Positions 9,028 to 18,462 of a stretch of DNA of 64,000 bases are shown piece by piece. Below the pieces are notes generated by a model, which was not told the DNA's origin, did no database searches, and saw only the letters and a list, made by a program, of their open reading frames with translations. Source of the stretch: an uncultured delta proteobacterium (GTDB lineage: Bacteria; Desulfobacterota; Binatia; HRBIN30; BPIQ01); contig CAVXGR010000018.1 of the NCBI GenBank assembly GCA_963761335.1, positions 640,001-704,000 on the forward strand. Reading direction: 5' to 3'. Every line of letters begins with the position of its first letter. The stretch's first letter is position 1. Both the position numbers and the translations under genes were made by a program.

Positions 9028-10059
9028 TCACTCGAGGCGTTCGAAGATCACCGTCAGCACGGCGGCGCTGGGGACGGCGAGGATGGCGCCGACGACGCTG
9101 AGCAGCGAGCTGCCGATCAGGATGGCGATGATCAGCGTCGCGGCGTTCAGGCGAACCTGGTGCTGCATGATGTTGGGGACCAGGAGATGGTTCTCCGCCT
9201 GCTGCTGTACGACGAAGAACACGAGCACGGCGAGCGCCAGCTGCCATGACTGGGTAAGAGCGACGCCGATCGCTGGAATCGCCGCCAATACCGGCCCCGC
9301 ATAGGGGATCAGCTCGCCGACCGCGGCGATCAGCGCCAGCACGTAGAAGTAGGGCAACCCCATCAGCCCGAGAGCGATCGCCGTGGTAGAGCCGATGATC
9401 GCTGCGAGAATCAGCTGGCCGATGAGCCAGGCGCTCACCCTTTCCGTGACCTCGTCACACGTGGAGCGCACCGCCGGCCGCCGCTCGCGCGGGAAGAGGA
9501 GCACGAGCTGGCGAATGAAGTCGTCCGACTCGATCAGCAGGTAAAGGCTGAGGATGAAGATGACGAGCGCTCCGAAGAGGCCGCCGATGAGGTTCCAGAA
9601 GGTGAAGACCACGGCGCTCAGCATCTTCGGGCCGGCCGGCACGCTCTTCAAAAGTTCGCCGAGCGATCCCCGCTGCAGGATCCCCGTGCGCGCCAGAAAG
9701 CTCTCCAAGTGATCGAGAAGGTCCGGCAACTGCCCCGCCAGCCCTTGGGCCTGGTGGATCACGGTGGGGAGCACGGCGTACGCCACCAGGCACGCCCCGC
9801 CGAAGATCGCCGCGTACAGCAGCAGCGCCGCGACCCAGTGGGGAAGGCGCCGCTCGCTTCGGGGAAAGAAGTTCTGGTTCTCGATGAAGCGGACGACCGG
9901 GCTGAAGCCAATGGCGAGCAGGGCGCTGATGTATATCAGGATGAGCGCCCTGCGCGCCGCGTAGAGCGCCCACGCCGCCCCCAGGGCGACGATCGCGAAG
10001 AGGATGGCGTAGCGAATCAGAGCACGTGGGTCGCCCTTCTCGTCCTGCAGTAGCGTCAT
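9028..10059 (-). CDS. AI-2E family transporter
   Basis: Multi-TM protein; GELIPYAGP and QQQAENHLLVPNIM motifs. Confidence 0.9.
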   Translation of the reverse strand: MTLLQDEKGDPRALIRYAILFAIVALGAAWALYAARRALILIYISALLAIGFSPVVRFIENQNFFPRSERRLPHWVAALLLYAAIFGGACLVAYAVLPTVIHQAQGLAGQLPDLLDHLESFLARTGILQRGSLGELLKSVPAGPKMLSAVVFTFWNLIGGLFGALVIFILSLYLLIESDDFIRQLVLLFPRERRPAVRSTCDEVTERVSAWLIGQLILAAIIGSTTAIALGLMGLPYFYVLALIAAVGELIPYAGPVLAAIPAIGVALTQSWQLALAVLVFFVVQQQAENHLLVPNIMQHQVRLNAATLIIAILIGSSLLSVVGAILAVPSAAVLTVIFERLE

Positions 10060-10112
10060 TCTGTCCCGGGGGGCACGAGTGCGCGTACCGCGATCGCTCG
10101 TGCCCCCTGATC

Positions 10113-10128
10113 TGCACCTCGGATGCCA
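10113..10128 (-). promoter_or_regulatory. sigma54 promoter candidate for the AI-2E gene
   Basis: Minus strand TGGCATCCGAGGTGCA (TGG-N10-GC), about 55 bp from the ATG. Confidence 0.6.
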
Positions 10129-10254
10129 CTGAGCGCATTCCCGCAGCCCTTGCCGGGACCCTTCAGACTGACGAATCCCTGCAAAACCTACAGAATTGCC
10201 GCGGCCTGGCGGCGTCATCCCGAAGCGAGATGCGGACGAGCCGCCCCGGGCGGC

Positions 10255-10830
10255 TCAGCGGATGATGCGAGTTCCGCTGCCTCCCCACTGATAGCCGAGA
10301 CCAACGTTGACGATGTGGTTGCCGTCGTCGAAATTGCCCGCAGCGCGCTCGACGCGGCTGAAGAACCACTGGTACTGATAGCGAGCGACCAGATACGTCT
10401 GGTCGTTGAGGAAGAACTTGGCACCGACGCTCGGACCCGCGGTGCCCGTGGCGTCTCGATCGTTCCAGACGAGCCCGAGGAAGGCGCCGGCGACCGGAAC
10501 GATGCGGCTCTGGTCGCTGATGCCGAGGAAGTGGTACTCGAAGTAGGGTACCGTGGACACCAGCCAGGTGTCGCGGGCATTGTCGATGAAGGCGTAATCA
10601 AGCCCGCCTCGCAGGCCGACCTCCCAGGATGGATTGTTCAGAAACTTGCCGTAGCTACCCTGGAAATTGACGGTGCCGCTGTCGGACCCCTGGGTGTGGA
10701 AGAACCCCGCGGACACCTGGACGTCGTTGTCGTTTGGCAGTGGCTGGGCCCACAGCGCCGTTGCCGAAAGCAACACTGCGCCGGCGGTGATTGCCGTCAG
10801 ACTCGTCCGGACATACCTGTTCCCTCTCAT
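10255..10830 (-). CDS. small outer-membrane beta-barrel protein
   Basis: Signal peptide (SATALWA), amphipathic strands (SVGAKFFL, VNVGLGYQW), RBS GAAAGGAGAG. Confidence 0.78.
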   Translation of the reverse strand: MRGNRYVRTSLTAITAGAVLLSATALWAQPLPNDNDVQVSAGFFHTQGSDSGTVNFQGSYGKFLNNPSWEVGLRGGLDYAFIDNARDTWLVSTVPYFEYHFLGISDQSRIVPVAGAFLGLVWNDRDATGTAGPSVGAKFFLNDQTYLVARYQYQWFFSRVERAAGNFDDGNHIVNVGLGYQWGGSGTRIIR

Positions 10831-10950
10831 GCGTCTCTCTCTCCTTTCCTTCGGCCCCGCCGAGCAGTCGGGCGCGGCGCTGGGCCGGTAATGGGGAAGT
10901 GGCCCCAGCGACCAAAAGCGGAATGGTCGGCGGGGGCCGTGCATCCGAAA

Positions 10951-10966
10951 AGCTAGTATGATGCCA
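10951..10966 (-). promoter_or_regulatory. sigma54 promoter candidate for the OMP gene
   Basis: Minus strand TGGCATCATACTAGCT (TGG-N10-GC). Confidence 0.6.
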
Positions 10967-11173
10967 ACGCGGCAAAGTTGATCGACGATGACATTTGCAT
11001 CTCTAGGCGCTGAGCCGAGCGGGTAGGGATTACAAGCCGTGCTAGGGGTACGCCCTCAGCTTGTGGCGTGTCGGTGGTGCGGCGCGAGTCGCGCTGGATC
11101 GTGGTCGAAGGTAAGCTGCGCGCCGGGCGCGGGGTTCCCGGGGGGCCGAGGCTCCCGTGGAGCCGGCGCACAG

Positions 11174-11716
11174 CTAGGGTCGACTCGGCGGCACGTCGAT
11201 CTTCAGCTGGGCGCTGGGACCGAGATGGGTGTGGTCGTTGCCGGCGAGGAAGACATCGATCGTGTGCGTCCCCAGCGAGAATCCGCGAAATCCGAGCTCG
11301 CTGGCGACGGTGTCGATCAGTGGCCCATTGTCCACCCGATAGTGCAGGTGACCTTCCCCGGGCGTCGGGGCTCGGGCCTCGAAGGGGCTGACGAGAGAGA
11401 GGCCGTGAACCTCGACCTGCACCACCGCGAGGTGGGCGCGGGCGTTCTCCTTCTCGTCGACGAGATGCGCCTGAAGAGAGGCGTTGGTCCCGCCGCTCCC
11501 GGTACTTGGCGCAGCCGAGGTGGCCGCGCTCCCCGAGCCGCCGGGAGTTGCGGTAGCCGGTGAAGCGGTCGCGGCCGCCGCCGTCGGGGTCGGGCGGGGT
11601 GGCGTGTGGGCTGGAGCGCGACGACGGGCCGGGGCCGTGCCCGCCCAGAAGACGACGAGCAATGCCGCCATGCCGAGTCGCTTTTGCCAGCTCGAGGTGA
11701 TTACGGGGAGGCTCAC
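11174..11716 (-). CDS. secreted protein with His-containing beta-sandwich domain (DUF4399/DUF6130-like)
   Basis: Signal peptide, Pro/Ala/Thr linker, GEGHLHYRVD...GTHTIDVFLAGNDH. Confidence 0.7.
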   Translation of the reverse strand: MSLPVITSSWQKRLGMAALLVVFWAGTAPARRRAPAHTPPRPTPTAAAATASPATATPGGSGSAATSAAPSTGSGGTNASLQAHLVDEKENARAHLAVVQVEVHGLSLVSPFEARAPTPGEGHLHYRVDNGPLIDTVASELGFRGFSLGTHTIDVFLAGNDHTHLGPSAQLKIDVPPSRP

Positions 11717-11759
11717 GGTGAAGGCCGAAGCAGTTAAGCTGAAGCTGCCGCGGCTCTCG

Positions 11760-12092
11760 CTAGGACCGCGGCAGCTCGGCGTTCAGTGAAGGGGATTTCT
11801 CGCCGCCGACGCGCTCGCGGAACTCGTCGACCCGCTCGCTGACCTCCTCGCGCAGCTCCTGGCCGCTCTGCGGCGCGAAGAGCAGCGCCAGCCCGGCGCC
11901 CACGAGGATTCCGGCGCCGAACAACGCCAGCCCGGGGAGCACGTCGCTGCTGCGGCGACGCGTGCCGATACCGCTGCCGAGAGCGCGGAGGACATCGTCG
12001 CGCGAGGGCAGGTTCTCGAGCAAGTCCGACTTCTTCAGGCCCAAGCTGCGCAGGATCTCTTCGGCGCTCGGAATGTTGTTGGAGATATCCAT
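11760..12092 (-). CDS. YtxH-domain protein
   Basis: GAGILVGAGLALLFAPQSGQELRE signature. Confidence 0.88.
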   Translation of the reverse strand: MDISNNIPSAEEILRSLGLKKSDLLENLPSRDDVLRALGSGIGTRRRSSDVLPGLALFGAGILVGAGLALLFAPQSGQELREEVSERVDEFRERVGGEKSPSLNAELPRS

Positions 12093-12460
12093 TACACCTT
12101 CCCTTTCGTCTGGTCGCCGGCGAGCTCGGACCTACCGGCGATCGTCTCGCTTACCTCTTTGAGCACCATGGCCAAAACGATGCGGCTGCCGATGCCGAAG
12201 GCGAGGCGCACGACGTGGGGTGAGAGGCCGCCGCTGAGGACGTACCCGATACCCGCGAACGTCCCCAGGGTGGCGTAGGGGTTCTTCTCGAGGCGATCGT
12301 GCAGAAATCTCTGCCACTCGCTCACCGCCTCCCCGGTGGCGCTGGCGAGCCCGGCGGCGCGCTTCTTCACTTCGCGTGTGCGCTCGAAGACCCGCTCATT
12401 GCTCGCCGGTCCATTGTGCCGGGAATGCTCCGATTCGAAATCCATACTCCACCTCGTCAT
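12092..12460 (-). CDS. DUF883/ElaB-like small membrane-anchored protein
   Basis: Charged N-terminus, then KNPYATLGTFAGIGYVL; overlaps both neighbours. Confidence 0.65.
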   Translation of the reverse strand: MTRWSMDFESEHSRHNGPASNERVFERTREVKKRAAGLASATGEAVSEWQRFLHDRLEKNPYATLGTFAGIGYVLSGGLSPHVVRLAFGIGSRIVLAMVLKEVSETIAGRSELAGDQTKGKV

Positions 12461-12648
12461 GCGTACTTGGCGACGGCCCGGCCAATGACGTATCCCGCGG
12501 TGAGAGCCAGGGCGACAGCCAGGAAAGGACGCTCGCTGGCGAGGGTGCGGGTGTTGTGGTCGAGCCGCTGCAGATACGGGCGGACCTGCCGAATCGCCGG
12601 CCGCGCCCGCGGGCGCAGAGACTCGGTCGCGCTGCTGTAGTTTTCCAT
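12457..12648 (-). CDS. DUF883-like small protein with C-terminal TM
   Basis: ERPFLAVALALTAGYVIGR; RBS AAGGAGG; ATGA coupling. Confidence 0.72.
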   Translation of the reverse strand: MENYSSATESLRPRARPAIRQVRPYLQRLDHNTRTLASERPFLAVALALTAGYVIGRAVAKYA

Positions 12649-12678
12649 GCAGTCCTCCTTACTCAGTCGGGGCGAAGC

Positions 12679-12915
12679 TCATTCTGTCGAATCCCTCCGG
12701 CTTCCGAACCACAGCCCGATGAGAAAGCCGCTGAAGATCCACGGCAGCGGATGCCGGCTGATCTGCCGGTCGATTCCCAGTGGATGGGTGACCGCCTCGC
12801 GCAGCTCCTGCAGAGCCTGTTGAAGCTGGCGCTGGTCGCGCTCGACCGATTGCCGCAGCTCTTCGCGATCGTCGTTCGGTCGCGACATCTCTCTTTCCAC
12901 CGCGCTTCCCATCAC
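12679..12915 (-). CDS. small DUF3618-like protein
   Basis: ELRQSVERDQRQL coiled coil followed by RHPLPWIFSGFLIGLW; coupled to the holin-like gene. Confidence 0.65.
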   Translation of the reverse strand: MMGSAVEREMSRPNDDREELRQSVERDQRQLQQALQELREAVTHPLGIDRQISRHPLPWIFSGFLIGLWFGSRRDSTE

Positions 12916-13337
12916 TGGATCTCCGCCGCCCGCTGCGCCGTCGCCGTTGATGACGGGCCTTCCTCTCCGCCGTTCATCTCCCGGCCGCCGCGGACGAAGA
13001 GGACGGCACCGATGGCGCCGTTGACCACGCCGACGAGCGCCAAGCTGGCGCTCAGCGGCAGGGCGCGATCGAGCAGGATCACCGCCATGGCCATGATTGC
13101 CGCCCAGCCGCCGATGACGAAGAGAGTGCCGGCCGCGAAGAATACGGAAGCGCGCAGCGCCCGTTCCAGCATCTCACGCGCATCCAGACGCACCAGCTCG
13201 ATGCGGTCGAGGATCACCTGCTGGCCCGCCTCGATCACGTGGGTCAGGGCGGTGGCGACCGACGCCTCGCCGTTGGTGTGGTTCTGCCGTTCGATTGCTG
13301 TCTTCATCGCCGTTGGAGAGAGTGGGAAGCGTGCCAT
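12912..13337 (-). CDS. phage-holin-family (YqjE/holin-X-like) two-TM membrane protein
   Basis: DRIELVRLDARE followed by two TM helices. The start is uncertain (13337 or 13307). Confidence 0.75.
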   Translation of the reverse strand: MARFPLSPTAMKTAIERQNHTNGEASVATALTHVIEAGQQVILDRIELVRLDAREMLERALRASVFFAAGTLFVIGGWAAIMAMAVILLDRALPLSASLALVGVVNGAIGAVLFVRGGREMNGGEEGPSSTATAQRAAEIQ

Positions 13338-13422
13338 CTCGTTTCGCCGCTGCCGCATTGGCGCGATCCGCGTCTCGAGTCCGCTGGCGCGCGTGTTCTT
13401 CCCTCGATCCCCAGGGTGGCAG

Positions 13423-13438
13423 GGCAACTCCCGTGCCA
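13423..13438 (-). promoter_or_regulatory. sigma54 promoter, near consensus, for the holin-like/DUF883/YtxH operon
   Basis: Minus strand TGGCACGGGAGTTGCC matches TGGCACG-N4-TTGC. Confidence 0.8.
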
Positions 13439-13522
13439 GGAACCGATCGAGCCGACGGCAATACGCGCCGAGAGGATTTGCTCGTGTGGCACAGCGGGCG
13501 TCTTCCTTTTGATCCCTGTACA

Positions 13523-13535
13523 TGTAAAACTTGCA
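13523..13535. promoter_or_regulatory. candidate bEBP enhancer site TGTAAAACTTGCA
   Basis: Near-dyad TGYAA-N3-TTRCA about 85 bp upstream of the -24 box. Related copies occur at other sigma54 promoters. Confidence 0.5.
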
Positions 13536-13568
13536 CGCAAGCCGGGTCTCGCCAGGGGCTCGCTCCGC

Positions 13569-15347
13569 ATGCGTTTAGCGATCAAGGGCACTCTAGCGTT
13601 TCTGGCGCTCTACATGGCCGTGCTGGCGGGCGCCGGCTTGTGGGTGGAGTACCAGCTGCGCTCGCTGTCGGTGGCTCTGGTCGACGAGACCGCCCGCTTG
13701 ATGGGGAGCGAGATCGCCAAGACCGTCTCCGACTCGGCGCGCGAGCAGCTCATCGATCCCAACGCCGACACCCGCCGCCGGCTCGACCGCATCGTTGCCG
13801 ACCTCACCGAGCAGTCGGACATCGTCACCTCCATCGCCGTCGTCGACAACGACGGCAGAGTGGTGGCGAGCGACAAGATTCCCGCCGGGCAGCAGCTGGC
13901 GCTGCCGCAGGTCGTCTTTGGCGATAGCCTGCGCGTGCAGGCGGTGACGCCGAGCTCGCGGGGCGGTGACTATCATCTGTTCGTGCCGCTCACCCAGTCC
14001 GGTTCGCTGGTGGGATACGTGCGGCTGTCGCTGAAGAGCCGGCGCCTCAACCAGCTCTACATGCGCACCCGGCGTCGCTTCTTCTTCGCGGCGATGGCCG
14101 GTCTCACCGCGGTCGCCGCCTTTGCGCTGCTCCTGCACCTGCAGCTGACGCGCAGCAGCCGCTCCCTGGCCATGGCGCTGCAGGCGGCGGTGCGCGGCGA
14201 CTCCGTCGACAGCGCGCGCGCCAACGAGTTCGCGCAGGCCCTGGAAGTGGCGCAGCGCGTCGGCCAGGAGCTCACGGCGGCTCGGCACCAGCACTCACGG
14301 GTACAGCGCCGCCTCGGCCTGCTGATGGAGGCGATGAACGTCGGTGTGCTGCTGCTCGATAGCCAGCGCGACGTGGACTTCGCCAACCCCCAGGCGCTCG
14401 AGCTCCTCGGCTGCTCGAGCCTCGCCGAGCTCGAGCGTCACTGGCCGCAGATCCGCGCCGCCCTCGACACGGCGACGCGGCGGCCCCGCGCGGTCGGTGG
14501 CAGTGGTCCCGCGGAGGTCGACGCCGAGGTGCCGAGCGCCGGCGGGGTGCGGCAGCTGCGCGTCGAGCAGTACGCGCTCGCCGAGGACGAATGCGAGGGC
14601 TCGCTGCTGATGCTGAAGAGCCGCGACACCATCGACGCCCTCGAGAAGGAGCTGGGCCTGGCCATGCAGATGCGGGGGCTGGCGCGTTTCTACGCGGCCT
14701 TCGCCCACGATCTGAAGGCGCCGCTGAACGCCATGGTGATGAACCTGGAGCTTCTCCGGCAGTCGGTGCTGCGCGAGCCCGAGGCCGCCCAGCACGAACG
14801 CCAGCTGCGCTATACCAACGTTCTCATCGAAGAGCTCTCGCGGCTCGACCGGCAGCTGCGCAGCCTCCTGAACCACGTGGCGCCCTCGGGCGAGTCGCCG
14901 CAGGAGTTCGATCTGCGCGACGTCGTCGTCGACCTCGGTGCCCTGCTGCAACCCCAGGCGCGGCGGCAGAGCGTCGAGTTGAAAACAGCTGTCCCCGAGC
15001 AGGCGATCGTCTTCTCCGGCTACCGCGATCGCCTCAAGCAGGCGATGCTCAACCTGGCGATCAACGCGCTCGAGGCAATGCCCGACGGCGGCGAGCTGCA
15101 GCTCGGGCTGCAGCTGCAGGACGGGCAGGCCCGCCTGACCGTGCGCGACAATGGACCCGGTATCCCGGCGGACACGCTCGAGCGCATGTTCGACATGCAC
15201 TTCACCACCAAGTCCGGTGGCACGGGCGTGGGCCTCTACGTGGCCCGCTCGGTTGCCGAAGCCCACGGCGGCCAGATCGGCGTCGACACTGATCTTGCTC
15301 GCGGCACCTGCTTCCAGGTAGACTTGCCGCTGATCCACACGACATGA
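13569..15347 (+). CDS. membrane sensor histidine kinase (PAS-like + HisKA + HATPase)
   Basis: Two TMs; H-box AHDLKAPLN; NLAINALEAM, DNGPGI, FTTKSGGTGVGL. Confidence 0.93.
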   Translation: MRLAIKGTLAFLALYMAVLAGAGLWVEYQLRSLSVALVDETARLMGSEIAKTVSDSAREQLIDPNADTRRRLDRIVADLTEQSDIVTSIAVVDNDGRVVASDKIPAGQQLALPQVVFGDSLRVQAVTPSSRGGDYHLFVPLTQSGSLVGYVRLSLKSRRLNQLYMRTRRRFFFAAMAGLTAVAAFALLLHLQLTRSSRSLAMALQAAVRGDSVDSARANEFAQALEVAQRVGQELTAARHQHSRVQRRLGLLMEAMNVGVLLLDSQRDVDFANPQALELLGCSSLAELERHWPQIRAALDTATRRPRAVGGSGPAEVDAEVPSAGGVRQLRVEQYALAEDECEGSLLMLKSRDTIDALEKELGLAMQMRGLARFYAAFAHDLKAPLNAMVMNLELLRQSVLREPEAAQHERQLRYTNVLIEELSRLDRQLRSLLNHVAPSGESPQEFDLRDVVVDLGALLQPQARRQSVELKTAVPEQAIVFSGYRDRLKQAMLNLAINALEAMPDGGELQLGLQLQDGQARLTVRDNGPGIPADTLERMFDMHFTTKSGGTGVGLYVARSVAEAHGGQIGVDTDLARGTCFQVDLPLIHTT

Positions 15348-15359
15348 CCGTCTAAAGCT

Positions 15360-16736
15360 ATGCCACACGCACTCGTTGTCGAGGACGAGCCGAACTCTCT
15401 GAGCGCCCTGGCGGAGCTGGTCGGCGAGGAAGGATTCTCGGTCGCCACTGCCCGGACGCTCGAGGACGCCGGCGAACGGCTGCGCCAGCAGGTTCCGGAC
15501 GTCATCCTGATCGATCTGATGCTGCCCGACGGCAGCGGCATGGACCTGCTGCGCGATCTGGAATCTCCGTCGCCCGTTGACGTGGTCATGATCACCGGCC
15601 ACGCCAGCATCGACTCCGCGGTTGAGGCGCTGCGCATGGGCGCTTCCGACTACCTCACCAAGCCCCTCGACATCGCCCGCCTGAAGACCGTGCTGGCCAA
15701 TGTGGCGCGGCGCCGCGAGCTGCGCGACGAGATCGATACCCTGCGCGGCGAGCTGCGCAAGCTCGGTCGCTTCGGCGCCATGATCGGCGCCTCGCCGCAG
15801 ATGGAGCGCGTCTACGACCTGGTCGGGCGCGTGGCGCCGACCGAGGCCACCGTGCTGATCACCGGTGAGAGCGGCACGGGTAAGGACCTGGTGGCGCAGA
15901 CGCTGCACCAGCTCAGCCGCCGCCGCAAGGCGGCGTTCATCCCCGTCAACTGCGGCGCCATCTCCCCGAATCTGATCGAGAGCGAGCTCTTCGGCCACGA
16001 GCGCGGCAGCTTCACCGGGGCCGACCGGCAGCACAAGGGGCATTTCGAGCGCGCCTCGGGCGGCACCATCTTCCTCGACGAGATCACCGAGATGCCGCTC
16101 GAGCTGCAGGTCAAGCTGCTGCGCGTCCTGGAGACCGGCACGGTCATGCGTCTCGGCGGCGAGAAGGCGTTCGAGGTCAACGTCCGCGTCGTCGCCGCCA
16201 CCAATCGCAGCCCCGAGCAGACGGTCCAGGAGGGCAAGCTCCGCGAAGATCTCTTCTACCGGCTGAAGGTCTTCCCGGTGAACCTCCCGCCCCTGCGCCA
16301 GCGCCAGGACGATGTCGATCTGCTCGCCAACCATTTTCTCCAGCAGCTGAACCAGGCGAACGGAACCTCCAAGCAGTTCTCGAAGTCCGCCCTCCAACGG
16401 CTGCGCAGTCATCGCTGGCCCGGCAATGTCCGCGAGCTGAAGAACCTGGTGCACCGGGCGTTCATCCTCGCCGATGACGAGATCGGCCCGGAGTGCCTGC
16501 CTTCTGACGTTGACGGCCCGAGCGAGATGATCTCGATCGGCAACGCCGGGTCCGGCCCCATGCTTCAGGTGCGGGTCGGCACCTCCGTCGCCGAAGCCGA
16601 GAGGCGGCTGGTGCTGGCCACCCTCGACCAGTTCCAGGGCGACAAGCAGCGCGCCGCAGAAGTTCTGGGCATCAGCCTGAAGACGCTCTACAACCGCCTG
16701 AACGCCTACAAGAGCGAGGCCTCGGCTTCCGGCTGA
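15360..16736 (+). CDS. sigma54-dependent NtrC/AtoC-family response regulator
   Basis: Receiver domain, GESGTGKD, ELFGHERGSFTGA, WPGNVREL and a Fis HTH (AAEVLGISLKTLYNRL). Confidence 0.96.
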   Translation: MPHALVVEDEPNSLSALAELVGEEGFSVATARTLEDAGERLRQQVPDVILIDLMLPDGSGMDLLRDLESPSPVDVVMITGHASIDSAVEALRMGASDYLTKPLDIARLKTVLANVARRRELRDEIDTLRGELRKLGRFGAMIGASPQMERVYDLVGRVAPTEATVLITGESGTGKDLVAQTLHQLSRRRKAAFIPVNCGAISPNLIESELFGHERGSFTGADRQHKGHFERASGGTIFLDEITEMPLELQVKLLRVLETGTVMRLGGEKAFEVNVRVVAATNRSPEQTVQEGKLREDLFYRLKVFPVNLPPLRQRQDDVDLLANHFLQQLNQANGTSKQFSKSALQRLRSHRWPGNVRELKNLVHRAFILADDEIGPECLPSDVDGPSEMISIGNAGSGPMLQVRVGTSVAEAERRLVLATLDQFQGDKQRAAEVLGISLKTLYNRLNAYKSEASASG

Positions 16737-16891
16737 GGGCGCGCGCCGGCCCGGCGCCGCCTGTGGACAAGCTTACAAGCGCCGCGCACGAAGTGCTGCC
16801 GGCGCGACTCTGAGTGGAGGCGCGACTGCGCGTGCGGTCCGATCTCTGCCCTGCACGAATATTGCATGCGGAGCTGCACAGTGTCGTGCGC

Positions 16892-17275
16892 ATGATCGGA
16901 CTGCCGGAGGCGGAGCTCCACGGAAAGAGTGTACTGGTGATCGAGGACGACTCGGCGGTTCGCGAAGCGTTTCACGACTTCCTGGCGCTGTACGGCCTCG
17001 ACGTCGAGTCGGCCGCTGATGCCGGCGAAGCCGTGCGCCAGATGCGCCGCCGACGCTTCGACGTGATCATCAGCGACGTTGCCATGCCCGGAAACGGGCA
17101 CACGGTTGCCGAGTACTTGGATGTGCACCAGCCGAGCACTCCTCTGGTGGTGATCACCGCCTTCGACTGCGAGGGCGAATTGCTCCGCCGGGCCGCGTTT
17201 GCCTACCTGATCAAGCCGGTCTTCCCGGATCGCTTGATTCGCGTCGTCGGCGATGCCATCGCCAGCACCGGGTGA
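16892..17275 (+). CDS. single-domain response regulator
   Basis: VLVIEDD, DVIISDVAMP, VITAF, YLIKP. Confidence 0.85.
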   Translation: MIGLPEAELHGKSVLVIEDDSAVREAFHDFLALYGLDVESAADAGEAVRQMRRRRFDVIISDVAMPGNGHTVAEYLDVHQPSTPLVVITAFDCEGELLRRAAFAYLIKPVFPDRLIRVVGDAIASTG

Positions 17276-17303
17276 AGATCGCACGCGCCGGATCCGGCGG
17301 CGC

Positions 17304-18446
17304 TCACTCACTGCCGAGGAACTCGCCGAGAGCGGAGAGCGGCTCGACGTGGTCGCAGAAGACCTTGAGGGTCATCAGCATTGGCACGGCCAGCAGCGCG
17401 CCGATCACCCCCCACAGCCACCCCCAGAAGATCAGCCCGACGAAGATCACCAGCGGGTTCAGCGTCAGCCGGTGGCCGAGGATGTGCGGCGTCACGATGT
17501 ACGCCTCCAGCGAGGTGAGCAGCAGATAGGTGGCCGGCGGCATCGCCGCCTGGCCGAGAGTATTGAAGGTCAGCAACGCCACCGCGGCGACGATGGCAAT
17601 GCCCACCCCGGAGCCGATGAAGGGAACGAAGTTGAGAATGCCCGCCATCGCCCCCCAGAGCATTGGATTCGGCATGTGCAGCGCCAGCAGCGCCAGGCCC
17701 ACCGCGGCGCCGAGACCGGCGTTGATCATGGTGACGGTGAGGAGATAGAGGGAGATGTCGGCCTCGATGCGGCGCGCGATCTCGACGGCGCGTTTCTTGT
17801 CTTCGAGGCGCGGCAGAACGCGCACCGTCTTGCGCAGCAGCATGTCGCCCGAGGCGAGCATGAAGTAAGAGAGGATCAAGACGATCGCCCCCGTGGAGGC
17901 GATTTGCCAGGCCTGGCCGACGACGATCTGCGTCAGGTTGGGACCCTGTACAGCAACCACCGCGGCGGCTGCGGATGGGTTGATGGTTGCGAGCTTCTCC
18001 ACCTGATCGGTGGCCTGGGTCACCTCGCGCATGGTTCGCTTGAGCGAACGAATGCGCGCCTCGATCTGGTGCAGGCTCTCCGGGGCGCGCTGCATCCAGT
18101 CCCCGGCGGGTCCGACGAGGTGGGAGGCCCCGTAGCCGATGGCGGCGGCGAGCACGAGCAGAACCACAGCTGCGCCCAGCGCCGGCGGGAGCCAGATCCG
18201 GCTCAGGACCCGAACCACGGGGTTGAGAATGAAGCTGATCAGGAAGGCGAGGACCAGCGGCAGGAGGATCGGCCGGCCGAAATCCAGAGTATAGAGGACG
18301 GCGAGGAGGAAGAGCCCGTTCAGGGCAAGTGCCTGTGCCGGGTACGGTCGTTGCCAGAGAAGCGACAGGGGATCCGGCGGTTTCGGTTTGCTTCCCATCG
18401 CCGCTGCATCCGCGCCCGCGTCGGTCGCTGAGCGAGGGCGGCTCAC
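17304..18446 (-). CDS. AI-2E family transporter
   Basis: Multi-TM protein; LNFVPFIG, EAYIVTPHILGHRLTLNP, GALLAVP. Confidence 0.92.
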   Translation of the reverse strand: MSRPRSATDAGADAAAMGSKPKPPDPLSLLWQRPYPAQALALNGLFLLAVLYTLDFGRPILLPLVLAFLISFILNPVVRVLSRIWLPPALGAAVVLLVLAAAIGYGASHLVGPAGDWMQRAPESLHQIEARIRSLKRTMREVTQATDQVEKLATINPSAAAAVVAVQGPNLTQIVVGQAWQIASTGAIVLILSYFMLASGDMLLRKTVRVLPRLEDKKRAVEIARRIEADISLYLLTVTMINAGLGAAVGLALLALHMPNPMLWGAMAGILNFVPFIGSGVGIAIVAAVALLTFNTLGQAAMPPATYLLLTSLEAYIVTPHILGHRLTLNPLVIFVGLIFWGWLWGVIGALLAVPMLMTLKVFCDHVEPLSALGEFLGSE

Positions 18447-18462
18447 GGCGGCGTCTGCGAGG

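Noticed and set aside
12912..13337. Prophage inferred from the holin-family gene
   Set aside because: No phage structural, lysin or integrase genes. This family is common in chromosomal DUF883/YtxH operons.
16851..16866. sigma54 promoter CTGCACGAATATTGCA before the small response regulator
   Set aside because: Excellent otherwise, but it lacks one G of the near-invariant GG, so it is not listed as a feature and is noted only as degenerate.
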